A DNA stretch of 64,000 nt from a virus (taxonomy: Duplodnaviria; Caudoviricetes), in the IMG/VR virus record IMGVR_UViG_3300025674_000014; one strand, written 5' to 3'. The notes beneath the pieces are model-generated. The model saw nothing but the letters and a program-made list of their open reading frames with translations, was not told the DNA's origin and made no database searches. The position numbers were made by a program, and so were the translations under genes. How positions within the stretch are numbered: the first letter of the stretch is position 1; every line of letters begins with the position of its first letter. Shown in pieces: positions 29,494-38,836 of this stretch.

Positions 29494-30138
29494 ATGACTG
29501 ACTTTGAAAAGTTAATTTATAATCGACATCTTGCTGAAACTAGATCTAGTCAAGGCAAACCTTTTAAACTAAGACAAAACTTCGATAAAATTGACGAGTC
29601 AACAAAAGTATACCTTACCCGCTTATCAAACTTCTTTAATAAACATAAAAATATTAACATAAATAAATTTTTTAGAGCTCCATTTAAGATATACAAAGAT
29701 AAACCTCATCTTGGGCTTGATTTTTATCTAAGTATGAAAGCAGTCAAGCTTTATCGAGAGTATATCAATTCAATTAACAGGCAATCTCCAGATTCAGATG
29801 ATGCTAAATTAGGTTTTAAACAATCTATGGAGTTTGTTATCAAGTTTTGCAAAGATAAACAAATTAAATTTTCTGATTATGTTAATCACAAGGAGGAAAA
29901 TGCAATGAATTCGTTTTTTGAGCATTTAAAACACGGAAAAGTTACATTACTTTTTCTTTTTATGTATCCATCTTTTGAACTGCAACTTAAAACCGTAGAC
30001 GTTGAAATGAGACAACATATTTTAGGTGATACATTTAATGATATTACCAATATGAGAGTTAAATTTTACAATTGTTCAGAACAAACCAAAGGTATATTCA
30101 AAAAACATTTTGATAATGCCGTAAAAGTAATGGGTTGA
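29494..30138 (+). CDS. Possible gp59 helicase loader
   Basis: 214 aa, directly upstream of gp32 as in T4. AVKLYREYI resembles gp59 ALVFYREYI. Promoter TTGATA-N16-TATTAT at 29459-86. Confidence 0.4.
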   Translation: MTDFEKLIYNRHLAETRSSQGKPFKLRQNFDKIDESTKVYLTRLSNFFNKHKNININKFFRAPFKIYKDKPHLGLDFYLSMKAVKLYREYINSINRQSPDSDDAKLGFKQSMEFVIKFCKDKQIKFSDYVNHKEENAMNSFFEHLKHGKVTLLFLFMYPSFELQLKTVDVEMRQHILGDTFNDITNMRVKFYNCSEQTKGIFKKHFDNAVKVMG

Positions 30139-30230
30139 TTTAAAATCGGTTTCTTCTATAATTAATTTTGTAAGGTGGCGAGTGTTACCTATACGAAAAA
30201 TAACGAAATAAAAACTAAAACTAAACTAAA
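30135..30230 (+). promoter_or_regulatory. gp32 promoter and structured leader (candidate translational operator)
   Basis: TTGATT-N16-TATAAT (30135-62), hairpin 30166-30199, then an unstructured A-rich tract (AAACT x3) up to the ATG. Confidence 0.55.
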
Positions 30231-31097
30231 ATGACAAATATTAATACATTATTCGAAAGCATCAAAGGTTCTATGGAAAAAGCAACTGGACAATCAACCA
30301 GAGGTCAGTTTCTTAGGACAGAAGTAGGTAATACATATACGGTTAGGTTGATTCCTAACGTTAAAGACCCAGCTAAGACATTCTTCCATTACTATACACA
30401 TGGATGGACATCGTTTGCAACTGGTCAGTACGTTAATCATATCAGTCCTAATACGTGGGGTGAACGTGATCCTATTGCAGAGACAAGGTATAGGTTGTCT
30501 AAGACTGGTTCTGAAGAAGAAAAGTCAAAAGCATCATCTATTCTTCGTCGTGAAAACTGGATGGTCAATGTACTTGTTATAAATGACCCGGTTAATCCTG
30601 ATAATAATGGTACGATTAAGTTGCTTCGCTTTGGTAGACAGTTGCATAAGATCATTATGGAAGCTATGCAAGGTGAAGAAGCTGAAGATTTCGGTCCTCG
30701 CATCTTTGACGTTGCTAATGGCTGTGATTTTCGTATCAAAGTTGAGAAGCAAGGTGATTATCCTACCTATGTTTCATCAAAATTCGGTATGCCTAAGTCA
30801 CTCACCACTGATTATGAAGGTGGTGCTGATGCAATTCATAACGATGCATTTGATCTTGAGTCAGTCTTTACAGTAAAATCGTATGACGAACTAAAAGAAG
30901 TGTTGAACGAGCATTTTTACTGTGTAAGTAATGATGAAGAAGCTAGTACCGCTACAAGTCCGGTAGCTGCAGCAGCAGTAGTAACTGAAAGTGTTGCAGC
31001 AGTCACAAAAACAGTGACTGATTCACCTGTAGAAACTAAATCTACTGATGAAGACATTGATGACTTGTTGGCGAGTCTAGGTGACCTATCATCATAA
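30231..31097 (+). CDS. gp32: Single-stranded DNA-binding protein gp32
   Basis: TVRLIP, FFHYYTHG, LLRFGRQLHKII, FDVANGCDFRIKV and YVSSKF motifs, plus an acidic tail DIDDLLASL. Confidence 0.9.
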   Translation: MTNINTLFESIKGSMEKATGQSTRGQFLRTEVGNTYTVRLIPNVKDPAKTFFHYYTHGWTSFATGQYVNHISPNTWGERDPIAETRYRLSKTGSEEEKSKASSILRRENWMVNVLVINDPVNPDNNGTIKLLRFGRQLHKIIMEAMQGEEAEDFGPRIFDVANGCDFRIKVEKQGDYPTYVSSKFGMPKSLTTDYEGGADAIHNDAFDLESVFTVKSYDELKEVLNEHFYCVSNDEEASTATSPVAAAAVVTESVAAVTKTVTDSPVETKSTDEDIDDLLASLGDLSS

Positions 31098-31602
31098 CAT
31101 GTCTGAAGAACGTACAAATGTAAATTACGACGCGGTTAGTCCGGCTCCAACAGGGCCGGACAACCCTTACGATGATGCCTTAGCTTTTCGTTCACTATTA
31201 GGGGCTGTTCACGGTGAATTTGATAGAATGGTGAATAGTAACATGGTGTCAGAATCAAAAACCCTACAAAAAGTAAATGGTAAAGCCATTTTAGAAAAGG
31301 GGGTAAAAGAATTAATGGGTAAACAACAACCTGTTAATCAAATACCACATCATGTTGAACAACAAATAGCCCAACAACAACCTATCCCTCAACCAGCTCC
31401 TCAAATTCAAGCTGCTCCACAACCAGTTCCTGTAGTACAACCTGCTGTAGATCCAAATCAACTTGAATTAAACTTTGATAAGTCTGCAACAGTTAATGAA
31501 ATTTTTGAAAAACTAGAAGATATTGAAATAAAACTTTCCAATATCACAAAAGTTTTAGAAAATATAACTCCTACCAAAAAAAAGACTCTTGTAAAAAAGT
31601 AG
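31081..31602 (+). CDS. Hypothetical protein with a Q/P-rich linker
   Basis: 173 aa ORF; the real start may be 31099 (MSEER). Confidence 0.55.
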   Translation: MTYHHNMSEERTNVNYDAVSPAPTGPDNPYDDALAFRSLLGAVHGEFDRMVNSNMVSESKTLQKVNGKAILEKGVKELMGKQQPVNQIPHHVEQQIAQQQPIPQPAPQIQAAPQPVPVVQPAVDPNQLELNFDKSATVNEIFEKLEDIEIKLSNITKVLENITPTKKKTLVKK

Positions 31603-31616
31603 ATAGCTTCTATAAT
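31589..31616 (+). promoter_or_regulatory. Sigma70-like promoter, leaderless geometry
   Basis: TTGTAA-N16-TATAAT, with ATG 5 nt downstream. Confidence 0.6.
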
Positions 31617-31621
31617 AGGGT

Positions 31622-32341
31622 ATGGTCATTAATATCCTAGATAAGAGTCAGTTTATTAATAGTTTTCTCAAGCCTATTAGTGCATTGACTGATGCGGTCG
31701 TCATAAAGAACGTAAATAACAAACTATTGTGCATTGCAAACAATGAGCAAGGTTTAATTTTATGTGCAACTTATGGTATCGAACTTGAAGATAGCGTTCA
31801 GCTTAATATTCCTAATGTTAAACGTTTAGAAAAAGTACTTTCATTTATTGAAGGTGAAAATCTTAAGTTAGAATATAGGTCAAATGCACTATCTTATAAA
31901 GATAAAAAGATTAGATTTAAGTATCACTTTCTAGATGATAATATTATTCAATCACCAAAGCTTAGTCTAAAGAAAATTAGTAGTCTTGAGAGTGATATTG
32001 AGTTTGATATTCAGTTTTCTAAAATTGCTGAACTTGCAAAGGGTGCAGCATTTGTATCTGAGTCGGATAAGTTGTATTTCAATATAAATGAAGAGGGTAT
32101 TTACGGTGAAATTACAGATAAAACTAATTCATCAGTTGATAGTTATTCAATACTACTAAGTGAAGAAGGTCAGAACGTAGATATGTCATTTCCAGTTCAT
32201 TTTGATATTGTAAGACTACTTACTAGTTCAAGTTCAGATAAAATTAACGTGCAGATTAATACCAATCAAGGATATTGTATCTTTAACATTGATACTGGTA
32301 CAAGTAATCTTAAGTATATCGTATCTGGGCTTCAATCATGA
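31622..32341 (+). CDS. gp45: Sliding clamp gp45/PCNA-like
   Basis: 239 aa; LNIPNVKRLEKVLS, KIRFKYHF and YIVSG C-terminus fit the clamp family. Confidence 0.7.
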   Translation: MVINILDKSQFINSFLKPISALTDAVVIKNVNNKLLCIANNEQGLILCATYGIELEDSVQLNIPNVKRLEKVLSFIEGENLKLEYRSNALSYKDKKIRFKYHFLDDNIIQSPKLSLKKISSLESDIEFDIQFSKIAELAKGAAFVSESDKLYFNINEEGIYGEITDKTNSSVDSYSILLSEEGQNVDMSFPVHFDIVRLLTSSSSDKINVQINTNQGYCIFNIDTGTSNLKYIVSGLQS

Positions 32342-32667
32342 GTAATAAAATTTCAACATTAGGTTATTTTAAGAAAAGACTCAAAGATAATGGGTTTATA
32401 GTACTTGATTTATTTAAAAATTACAGTGAAAAAGATAATAGACGTTGGACTGTAATGGTAAATCCTAACCATGAAAGTTTAATTATAACTTGTAAAAAGG
32501 ACCCAGACTTTGAATCACCTATTTTTGAGTTTACTGATTCGGTTTTGAAGATGCCTTTAAAGGTAGCTACTTCATCAATGGAGGTTATTATTGAAAAATT
32601 GTTAACTACATTAAAAATTAGCAATGATAATAAAAATTCACCTTATTTTAAACCTAAACAATCTTGA
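32338..32667 (+). CDS. Hypothetical protein
   Basis: 109 aa ORF. Confidence 0.55.
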   Translation: MSNKISTLGYFKKRLKDNGFIVLDLFKNYSEKDNRRWTVMVNPNHESLIITCKKDPDFESPIFEFTDSVLKMPLKVATSSMEVIIEKLLTTLKISNDNKNSPYFKPKQS

Positions 32668-32696
32668 AATATAAAATAAACAAATAAAATATTGAT

Positions 32697-33791
32697 ATGT
32701 CAGAAGATAATATTATAGATGCAGAATTCGAAGAAACCCCTAATGAGGAAACCACTCCGGAAGTAGTAGAAGAACAGACACAGCCTACTGACGAATACCA
32801 ACCTAACGAAAGAATTAAAGTTCTAATTGTAGGTAAGGGTTATATTGGTGAAACATTAAGTAACTTTTTAGCAATTGACGAAGAAAATGTAGAAGTACAT
32901 AGTATTAATAGAGAGCAAGTTAACTATCTAGATAGACAAGATCTTCTTACGTTTTTTATTAACTATGAAAATGAAGGAGTTAAATTTGACCATGTTGTAA
33001 ACTGTGTAGGTTATGCTGGTGAACAGAATATTGATGATGCTAAAGACAATAAAGAGCTAGCATACTATCTAAATGCTATCTTTCCTATCACTCTTGCATC
33101 TGTCGTGCAGGAAATGGAAATACCTTCATTGATTCATATCGGTTCGGGTTGTATTTACACTGGTATATCAGAAAATGAAAACGGTTGGAAGGAAGAAGAC
33201 ATTCCAAACTTCGGTCTTAACAATGAAGAGTCTTCTTGGTACTCTAAGACCAAGCATGCATCTGAAATGGCATTGACTTCATCGTTTAAGAATGTGTATA
33301 GTTTGCGTATTCGTATGCCATTTAGTGAAGTACCTTCACCTAAAGGTAATAGAAACCTTTTTGAAAAGCTTATTAAGTATACCACCATTCTTAATGAAGA
33401 GAATAGTGCTACTTATTTGTTTGATCTTCATAATACTATTTATAACATTGTTGTATCTAATGAAATCCCATATGGTATCTATAATGTTGTAAGTGATGGT
33501 AAGTTTAGTCCTGCTCTATTCGTAGAAATCTTGAGAGAAAAAGGAGATAAGCTTAAAGAGGCTGGTATTATTGAAGAGGTTTCTGATCTTGATAGGTATG
33601 AGTTAGTTAACCTTGAACAATTCAAGGAAAAGAACCTTACCAAAGAAAATAGAAGTGTTACAATTGTTGATAACGGTCTTGTTAAAGAAATGATTAATAT
33701 TGAATATGCTAATATTAGTGACAAAGAGTTCTTATCAGGAATTATTGATCAATATATTGAAAATATAAAGATCGTGAAAACTAATGATTAA
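32697..33791 (+). CDS. NDP-4-keto-6-deoxyglucose 3,5-epimerase/4-reductase-like SDR (RmlD/NRS-ER family)
   Basis: GKGYIG, HIGSGCIY, EEDIPNF, YSKTK, LRIRMP, RNLFEKLIKY and NSATYL motifs. Confidence 0.75.
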   Translation: MSEDNIIDAEFEETPNEETTPEVVEEQTQPTDEYQPNERIKVLIVGKGYIGETLSNFLAIDEENVEVHSINREQVNYLDRQDLLTFFINYENEGVKFDHVVNCVGYAGEQNIDDAKDNKELAYYLNAIFPITLASVVQEMEIPSLIHIGSGCIYTGISENENGWKEEDIPNFGLNNEESSWYSKTKHASEMALTSSFKNVYSLRIRMPFSEVPSPKGNRNLFEKLIKYTTILNEENSATYLFDLHNTIYNIVVSNEIPYGIYNVVSDGKFSPALFVEILREKGDKLKEAGIIEEVSDLDRYELVNLEQFKEKNLTKENRSVTIVDNGLVKEMINIEYANISDKEFLSGIIDQYIENIKIVKTND

Positions 33792-34851
33792 TATTTTAAT
33801 AATTGGTAAAGGTTATATTGGAAGAAATTTAGCTACCTTTTTAACGCAACCTGATATATCAATTTATAACATTGAAAAATCTGATCTAGATTATTGGTCT
33901 TATGATAATCTAGATCAATATATACAATCTCAAAAAAATAAAGGTATTACATTTAGCTTTATTATTAATTGTACTGGATTCTACGGTGATCAAATAAATG
34001 AATGTAATCATTACCCTAGATTATTTTTACACTTAACTGCAACTCTTCCAATTATACTATCTAACCTATGTACTAAGCATAATTGTAAATACATTCACTT
34101 AAGTTCTGCAGATATATACAATGGAGATAATGCTTTTACTAAAGATGAAATAGGTAGTATGGTGAGTTTTGCTCTTACCGTAAATGAGGGTTGGTCAGAA
34201 AATAATTTACCTAATCATGGAATATTTGCAAATAAATCCTCAACTTTTTCTAAAACACACCATGTTATAGAAAATTGTTTAAGGGGTTTAAACAACGTTT
34301 ATATTTTAAGAATAAAAAATTGTATTAGCGGTATTTTCCATAAAAAAAATTATCTATTAAAAGTAATAACAAAAGAAAGAATTATTAATAAAGAAAATTC
34401 AGTTACATTTTTACCTGATCTCTTTAATTTTATTAATGAAATATTAAAAGCTTCAAATATACCCACTGGTATATACAATATAGTTAATGGTGAATGTTTT
34501 TTTAATAAGATAATTTTTGATGAACTAAAAAATTACACAGACGAGTTTGAAAATTTGAAAATATTTTTTAATAGAAAAGCATTAATTGATAATAATTTAA
34601 AATTATCCCCAGAACGACCTTTTGCAATTCTAAAAAATACTAAGGCAAGTAAGTATATTAATTTTACTAAAGTAGATAATCAGTTAATTAATAAATGTTT
34701 AAAAGAAATTATAGAAGATAAAAAAATAAACGATTATTATTTTAGCGTTCATAATGAAAAAAATGTTAGTTTGAGGGATGAAAGTAGATATTCAAATAAA
34801 CCAGATTTAGTTAACGAATCTTTAGTTGAAAAAATGTGGAATAATGCATAA
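33784..34851 (+). CDS. Degenerate tandem paralogue of the preceding SDR
   Basis: GKGYIG is retained, but YSKTK has become FSKTH and SGCIY has become SADIY. Confidence 0.65.
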   Translation: MINILIIGKGYIGRNLATFLTQPDISIYNIEKSDLDYWSYDNLDQYIQSQKNKGITFSFIINCTGFYGDQINECNHYPRLFLHLTATLPIILSNLCTKHNCKYIHLSSADIYNGDNAFTKDEIGSMVSFALTVNEGWSENNLPNHGIFANKSSTFSKTHHVIENCLRGLNNVYILRIKNCISGIFHKKNYLLKVITKERIINKENSVTFLPDLFNFINEILKASNIPTGIYNIVNGECFFNKIIFDELKNYTDEFENLKIFFNRKALIDNNLKLSPERPFAILKNTKASKYINFTKVDNQLINKCLKEIIEDKKINDYYFSVHNEKNVSLRDESRYSNKPDLVNESLVEKMWNNA

Positions 34852-34862
34852 TTATTAAATGC

Positions 34863-35801
34863 ATGAATATTTTAGTCACAGGTGGTTTTGGTTTTATTGG
34901 CAGTCATCTTTGCAACTATTTAACCGATAAAGGTTGCAGCGTCTATAATATTGATAATAAAACCTACGCCTGTGACTATGTTAATATTAATAACGTTAAA
35001 ATTAAAAAGCATTTTAACTTAGATATTAACGAACCTTTTAATTTTAACGATTTTACAAACTTAGATCGATTTGATGCATGTATACATTTAGCTGCTGAAA
35101 GTCATGTCGATAATAGCATTAAAAACCCTAACATTTTTGCTTTAACTAATGTAGTTGGTACTATAAATGTACTTAATTTAGCTAAACAACTTCGTATACC
35201 TCGTTTTATCCAAGTATCAACAGATGAAGTATACGGTTCATTAGGTGAAAACGAACCTTCTTGGACAGAAAATACCCCTATTAGTCCAAACTCACCATAT
35301 TCAGCATCAAAAGCAAGTGGAGATATGATTGCATTATCATATCACCGTACATATGGTATGGATATACGCATTACCCGTTGTTGTAATAACTTTGGTATAG
35401 GTCAACATATTGAAAAACTTATCCCTAAATCAATTAACTGTGCAAACAAGTACGGTTTTATCGATATATACGGTGACGGTACAAATGTAAGAGAATGGAT
35501 ACATGCCCATGATCATGCAAGAGGTATTTTTAAAGTGTTACAGTTTGGTAATGCTGGTGAAATATACAATATAGGCTCAGGAGAAGAATTAACTAATAAC
35601 GAAATAGCTTCTATGATTAGTACATTTACTGGAACTAATGCGAAGTTAAGCTATATTGAAGATAGGAAAGGTCACGATAAAAGATACTCTTTAAACTTTG
35701 ATAAGATTGCAAATCTAGGGTTTAAATGTAGGAGATCAATTCGTGATAGTAAAGAATGGGATGAGATGGTTCAGTATTACAAAGAATACCAAAAAGCCTA
35801 A
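34863..35801 (+). CDS. rmlB: dTDP-glucose 4,6-dehydratase
   Basis: TGGFGFIG, HLAAESHVDNSI, STDEVYG, YSASK, RCCNNFG and DRKGHDKRY motifs. Confidence 0.92.
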   Translation: MNILVTGGFGFIGSHLCNYLTDKGCSVYNIDNKTYACDYVNINNVKIKKHFNLDINEPFNFNDFTNLDRFDACIHLAAESHVDNSIKNPNIFALTNVVGTINVLNLAKQLRIPRFIQVSTDEVYGSLGENEPSWTENTPISPNSPYSASKASGDMIALSYHRTYGMDIRITRCCNNFGIGQHIEKLIPKSINCANKYGFIDIYGDGTNVREWIHAHDHARGIFKVLQFGNAGEIYNIGSGEELTNNEIASMISTFTGTNAKLSYIEDRKGHDKRYSLNFDKIANLGFKCRRSIRDSKEWDEMVQYYKEYQKA

Positions 35802-36027
35802 AAAGAGATTTTTATATGCAGTAAAAAACGGAGATCACGCTGGTAAATTTATTGCATACATCGATACTCTACAAGATCACTACTGTTTTCTCGCAGTACC
35901 AGGTAATGAAAAACTAAAAGTACCTATTAAAGACTTCGAAAACGGGATAGATAATGGGATAGTTGAATTTGTTGAAAAATTACCCAGAGATGTTTTCAAA
36001 GTTTTAGAAGCACAACACCTCACTTGA
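35743..36027 (+). CDS. Hypothetical protein
   Basis: 94 aa ORF; the true start may be further downstream. Confidence 0.5.
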   Translation: MIVKNGMRWFSITKNTKKPKKRFLYAVKNGDHAGKFIAYIDTLQDHYCFLAVPGNEKLKVPIKDFENGIDNGIVEFVEKLPRDVFKVLEAQHLT

Positions 36028-36051
36028 CTATCATCAGATTTTTCATATAAT
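36024..36051 (+). promoter_or_regulatory. Sigma70-like promoter, leaderless geometry
   Basis: TTGACT-N16-TATAAT, with ATG 6 nt downstream. Confidence 0.7.
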
Positions 36052-36057
36052 ATTAAT

Positions 36058-36261
36058 ATGAAATCGTTAAAAGATCGCATTCTTAGTGCTAAAACGAAAA
36101 CTGAACTCGATTCTTTGTGTGAAGAATTTGCAAAATTTACTTCTGTTTCAACAAACACAAAAACTAAAGTAAGAAAAGCTTTAAAGCGACGCATCGATGA
36201 ACTAGACGGAGCAGTTCAAACTAAAAAAGCCAAAAAGACTAAAAAGACTAAAGGTGAATAA
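36058..36261 (+). CDS. Small basic hypothetical protein
   Basis: 67 aa, Lys-rich, with its own promoter. Confidence 0.6.
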   Translation: MKSLKDRILSAKTKTELDSLCEEFAKFTSVSTNTKTKVRKALKRRIDELDGAVQTKKAKKTKKTKGE

Positions 36262-37154
36262 TGACAACTCTTATTCTTGATGCAAATAATCTTTTGTATC
36301 GCACTTTTTGGTTTTCTAAAAATAATTTAGAGGGTGAAGACTTATCTACCCTTATGTTTTTACGAGCTGTAAAGTCGTATGTTGATAAATTTAAGCCAGA
36401 TCAAGTTTATGCTGCCTGGGATAAAAAGTTAACCTATCCTTCTACTAACTTTCGTAAGAATACTTCAAATGGTGCATATAAAAGCAATCGTGATAGTGAA
36501 GTAGCTAAAGAAGCTCACCGTAATGATGAACTAATCAAAGATCTACTTAACTGTTTGGGTATTAAAAGTATGTACCCTAACGTTATGGAAGCAGATGACG
36601 TTATTGCTTATCTTTGTCACAAGTTACCTGGTAAAAAGTTCGTTGTTACTGTTGACAAGGACTTGTATCAACTTATTAATGATACAACTTTTGTGTTTAA
36701 CCCTATTCAGAAAGTAACGGTTACGCCAGATAACTTTATGACTTATACAAAAGGGGTTAGTTTAGATCACTTCCTTGACTATAAAGCATTAGTTGGTGAT
36801 AATAGTGATAACATCAAAGGTTTATACAAAGTAGGTCATAAACGAGCACTTAATTTGATTGAGAAGTTCAAAGATCAATCAATTGACCAAGTGTTGAATG
36901 AACAACAGTATGATATCTATAAGAAAAATATACAAATTATGGATCTTAAAATTGGTTATAAACATTACCCAGATGAAGAACCGATTTATTCGTCTCAAAT
37001 GGGTGAAGGTATGCCTGAAAAAGACTTAGATACATTTTTTGATCATTGTGCAGAAAATAAGTATGGTTCAATTATGAAAAATAAAGATAAATGGATTAAT
37101 ACTTTCAAATTAAAAGATTCACTACAAGAAGCTATAGCTAAATTAAATATTTGA
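36261..37154 (+). CDS. rnh: 5'-3' exonuclease / T4 RNase H
   Basis: LDANNLLYR, AAWD, YKSNR, EADDVIA, VDKDLYQL and GDNSDNIKG motifs. Confidence 0.9.
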   Translation: MTTLILDANNLLYRTFWFSKNNLEGEDLSTLMFLRAVKSYVDKFKPDQVYAAWDKKLTYPSTNFRKNTSNGAYKSNRDSEVAKEAHRNDELIKDLLNCLGIKSMYPNVMEADDVIAYLCHKLPGKKFVVTVDKDLYQLINDTTFVFNPIQKVTVTPDNFMTYTKGVSLDHFLDYKALVGDNSDNIKGLYKVGHKRALNLIEKFKDQSIDQVLNEQQYDIYKKNIQIMDLKIGYKHYPDEEPIYSSQMGEGMPEKDLDTFFDHCAENKYGSIMKNKDKWINTFKLKDSLQEAIAKLNI

Positions 37155-37155
37155 T

Positions 37156-37353
37156 ATGAATAATAACATTAATAACATGCAGATGGTACGACCAGTACCT
37201 ATTACCAGTCCTATTTCTGGTAATCCAGTGCATCCTAGGTTACATACATTTGAAAGAAATGGTGAAAGAATAACCGAGGCTCATTGGATTGATCCTAACA
37301 GCGGTACTTTTATTAGAAAAGGCGTTGTTTCTATTGAACCATTAGAGAAATAA
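37156..37353 (+). CDS. Small hypothetical late protein
   Basis: 65 aa, with TAAATA 6 nt upstream. Confidence 0.55.
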   Translation: MNNNINNMQMVRPVPITSPISGNPVHPRLHTFERNGERITEAHWIDPNSGTFIRKGVVSIEPLEK

Positions 37354-37371
37354 TATATAATCCTCCTTGGT

Positions 37372-38412
37372 ATGATATTACCTGAGGCATACATCGTACA
37401 AAAATTTTATCAATACGCTGGACGGCCGAAGTATAATAGACTTGCAAAGACTTACCAAGGAGGATGTCCTGTGTGTAGAGAGGGTAAGTCTTGGGGTAAA
37501 AAACGTCGGTTGTTCTATGTTGTAAAAGATAATTTCGTTCATTGTCACAATTGTGGTTGGCATTCTAATCCTATGAACTGGATTGTTGAAGTGTCGAGCA
37601 TGACTGTAGGTGAAATATACAAGGAAGCAGAAGAGTATGATCTGTTACCTAAAGATCTTTCTGCAGATGTTGATATAAGTGCGGTTGTAAAAAAAGCTTT
37701 ACATAGATCATTACCAGAAGATAGTATTAATCTATTTGATGAGGGTCAAATAAAGTATTATAACTCAAATGCATTAGTACAAACTGCTCTTAACTACATA
37801 AAAAAACGTAAATTAGATAAGGCTATTAATAGACCTAAAGCCCTTTACTTCTCACTTAAAGATAAAGTACATAAGAATAGACTTATCATACCTTTCTACG
37901 ATGTCTCCGGTAAGATCATCTTTTATCAAAGTAGAACTATCATTGAGAACTACAAAGTTAAGCTACCTAAGTATCTAGGCAAGATCGACAGTGATAGAAG
38001 TTTGTTTAATATTAATAAAATTAAAGAAGACATTGATCAGATTTATATTATTGAAGGTCCAATTGATGCTTTCTTTGTTCAAAATGGTGTAGCTGTTGCA
38101 GGTATCAATGAAAGTAGTGATAATCTTTATACTAAACTACAAAATACTCAGTTAATGAAGTTTCCGTTTCATGAAAGAGTTATTGCACTAGACTCTCAAT
38201 GGCAAGATAAAGCTTCACTTAAGAAAACGAAAACGTTATTAGAAAAAGGCCATAAAGTATTCATTTGGCCTAAGAAGTTTGGTATTAAGTTTAAAGATTT
38301 TAATGAAATGTGCACAACTTTAGACATAGAAAAAGTCCCTAATAACTTTTTAATGCAAAATACATTCAAAGGATTACCGGGACTTGTAAAATTATCTCAA
38401 ATTATATATTAA
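37372..38412 (+). CDS. gp61: DNA primase gp61
   Basis: CPVC...HCHNCG zinc finger, RLIIPF, IEGPIDA and DSQWQD TOPRIM motifs. Confidence 0.9.
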   Translation: MILPEAYIVQKFYQYAGRPKYNRLAKTYQGGCPVCREGKSWGKKRRLFYVVKDNFVHCHNCGWHSNPMNWIVEVSSMTVGEIYKEAEEYDLLPKDLSADVDISAVVKKALHRSLPEDSINLFDEGQIKYYNSNALVQTALNYIKKRKLDKAINRPKALYFSLKDKVHKNRLIIPFYDVSGKIIFYQSRTIIENYKVKLPKYLGKIDSDRSLFNINKIKEDIDQIYIIEGPIDAFFVQNGVAVAGINESSDNLYTKLQNTQLMKFPFHERVIALDSQWQDKASLKKTKTLLEKGHKVFIWPKKFGIKFKDFNEMCTTLDIEKVPNNFLMQNTFKGLPGLVKLSQIIY

Positions 38413-38804
38413 ACATCTGCACTATGCATATAACCTTTAAGATTCTCAATAAGAGAACTTAAATCCATTGCAACTCTAGCAATCTTTTTGGTTTCAGCAC
38501 TAGCAATCTTATTAAAAAGGGTATCGCAGCTAGCTTGATGTAATTTAGACTGTACAGAATCACCTTCACTATTAAGATAGTTAGTAAATTCTTCCATTTT
38601 AGATATCCAACTAGCCAACTCCTGGGCTTGAGCAGCATTGTTAGCCTTTACCATGTCTTCAGGTGACTGTTGAGGGGCATCGACATTGAAATCAGCTGCA
38701 TCAGTTTCAGGATCAAGCTGTGTTTCCATAGCCTCTGTATCTGTAATCTCTACTGTTTCGTCTTGCTCAAGTAATGTAATAAAACGTTTACTAAAAAAGC
38801 TCAT
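38409..38804 (-). CDS. Hypothetical late protein, possibly head-internal
   Basis: Starts MSFFSKRFITLLEQ, with TAAATA 5 nt upstream. Confidence 0.65.
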   Translation of the reverse strand: MSFFSKRFITLLEQDETVEITDTEAMETQLDPETDAADFNVDAPQQSPEDMVKANNAAQAQELASWISKMEEFTNYLNSEGDSVQSKLHQASCDTLFNKIASAETKKIARVAMDLSSLIENLKGYMHSADV

Positions 38805-38836
38805 ACATTTATTTAATCTCTCCTATAAATAATAAT

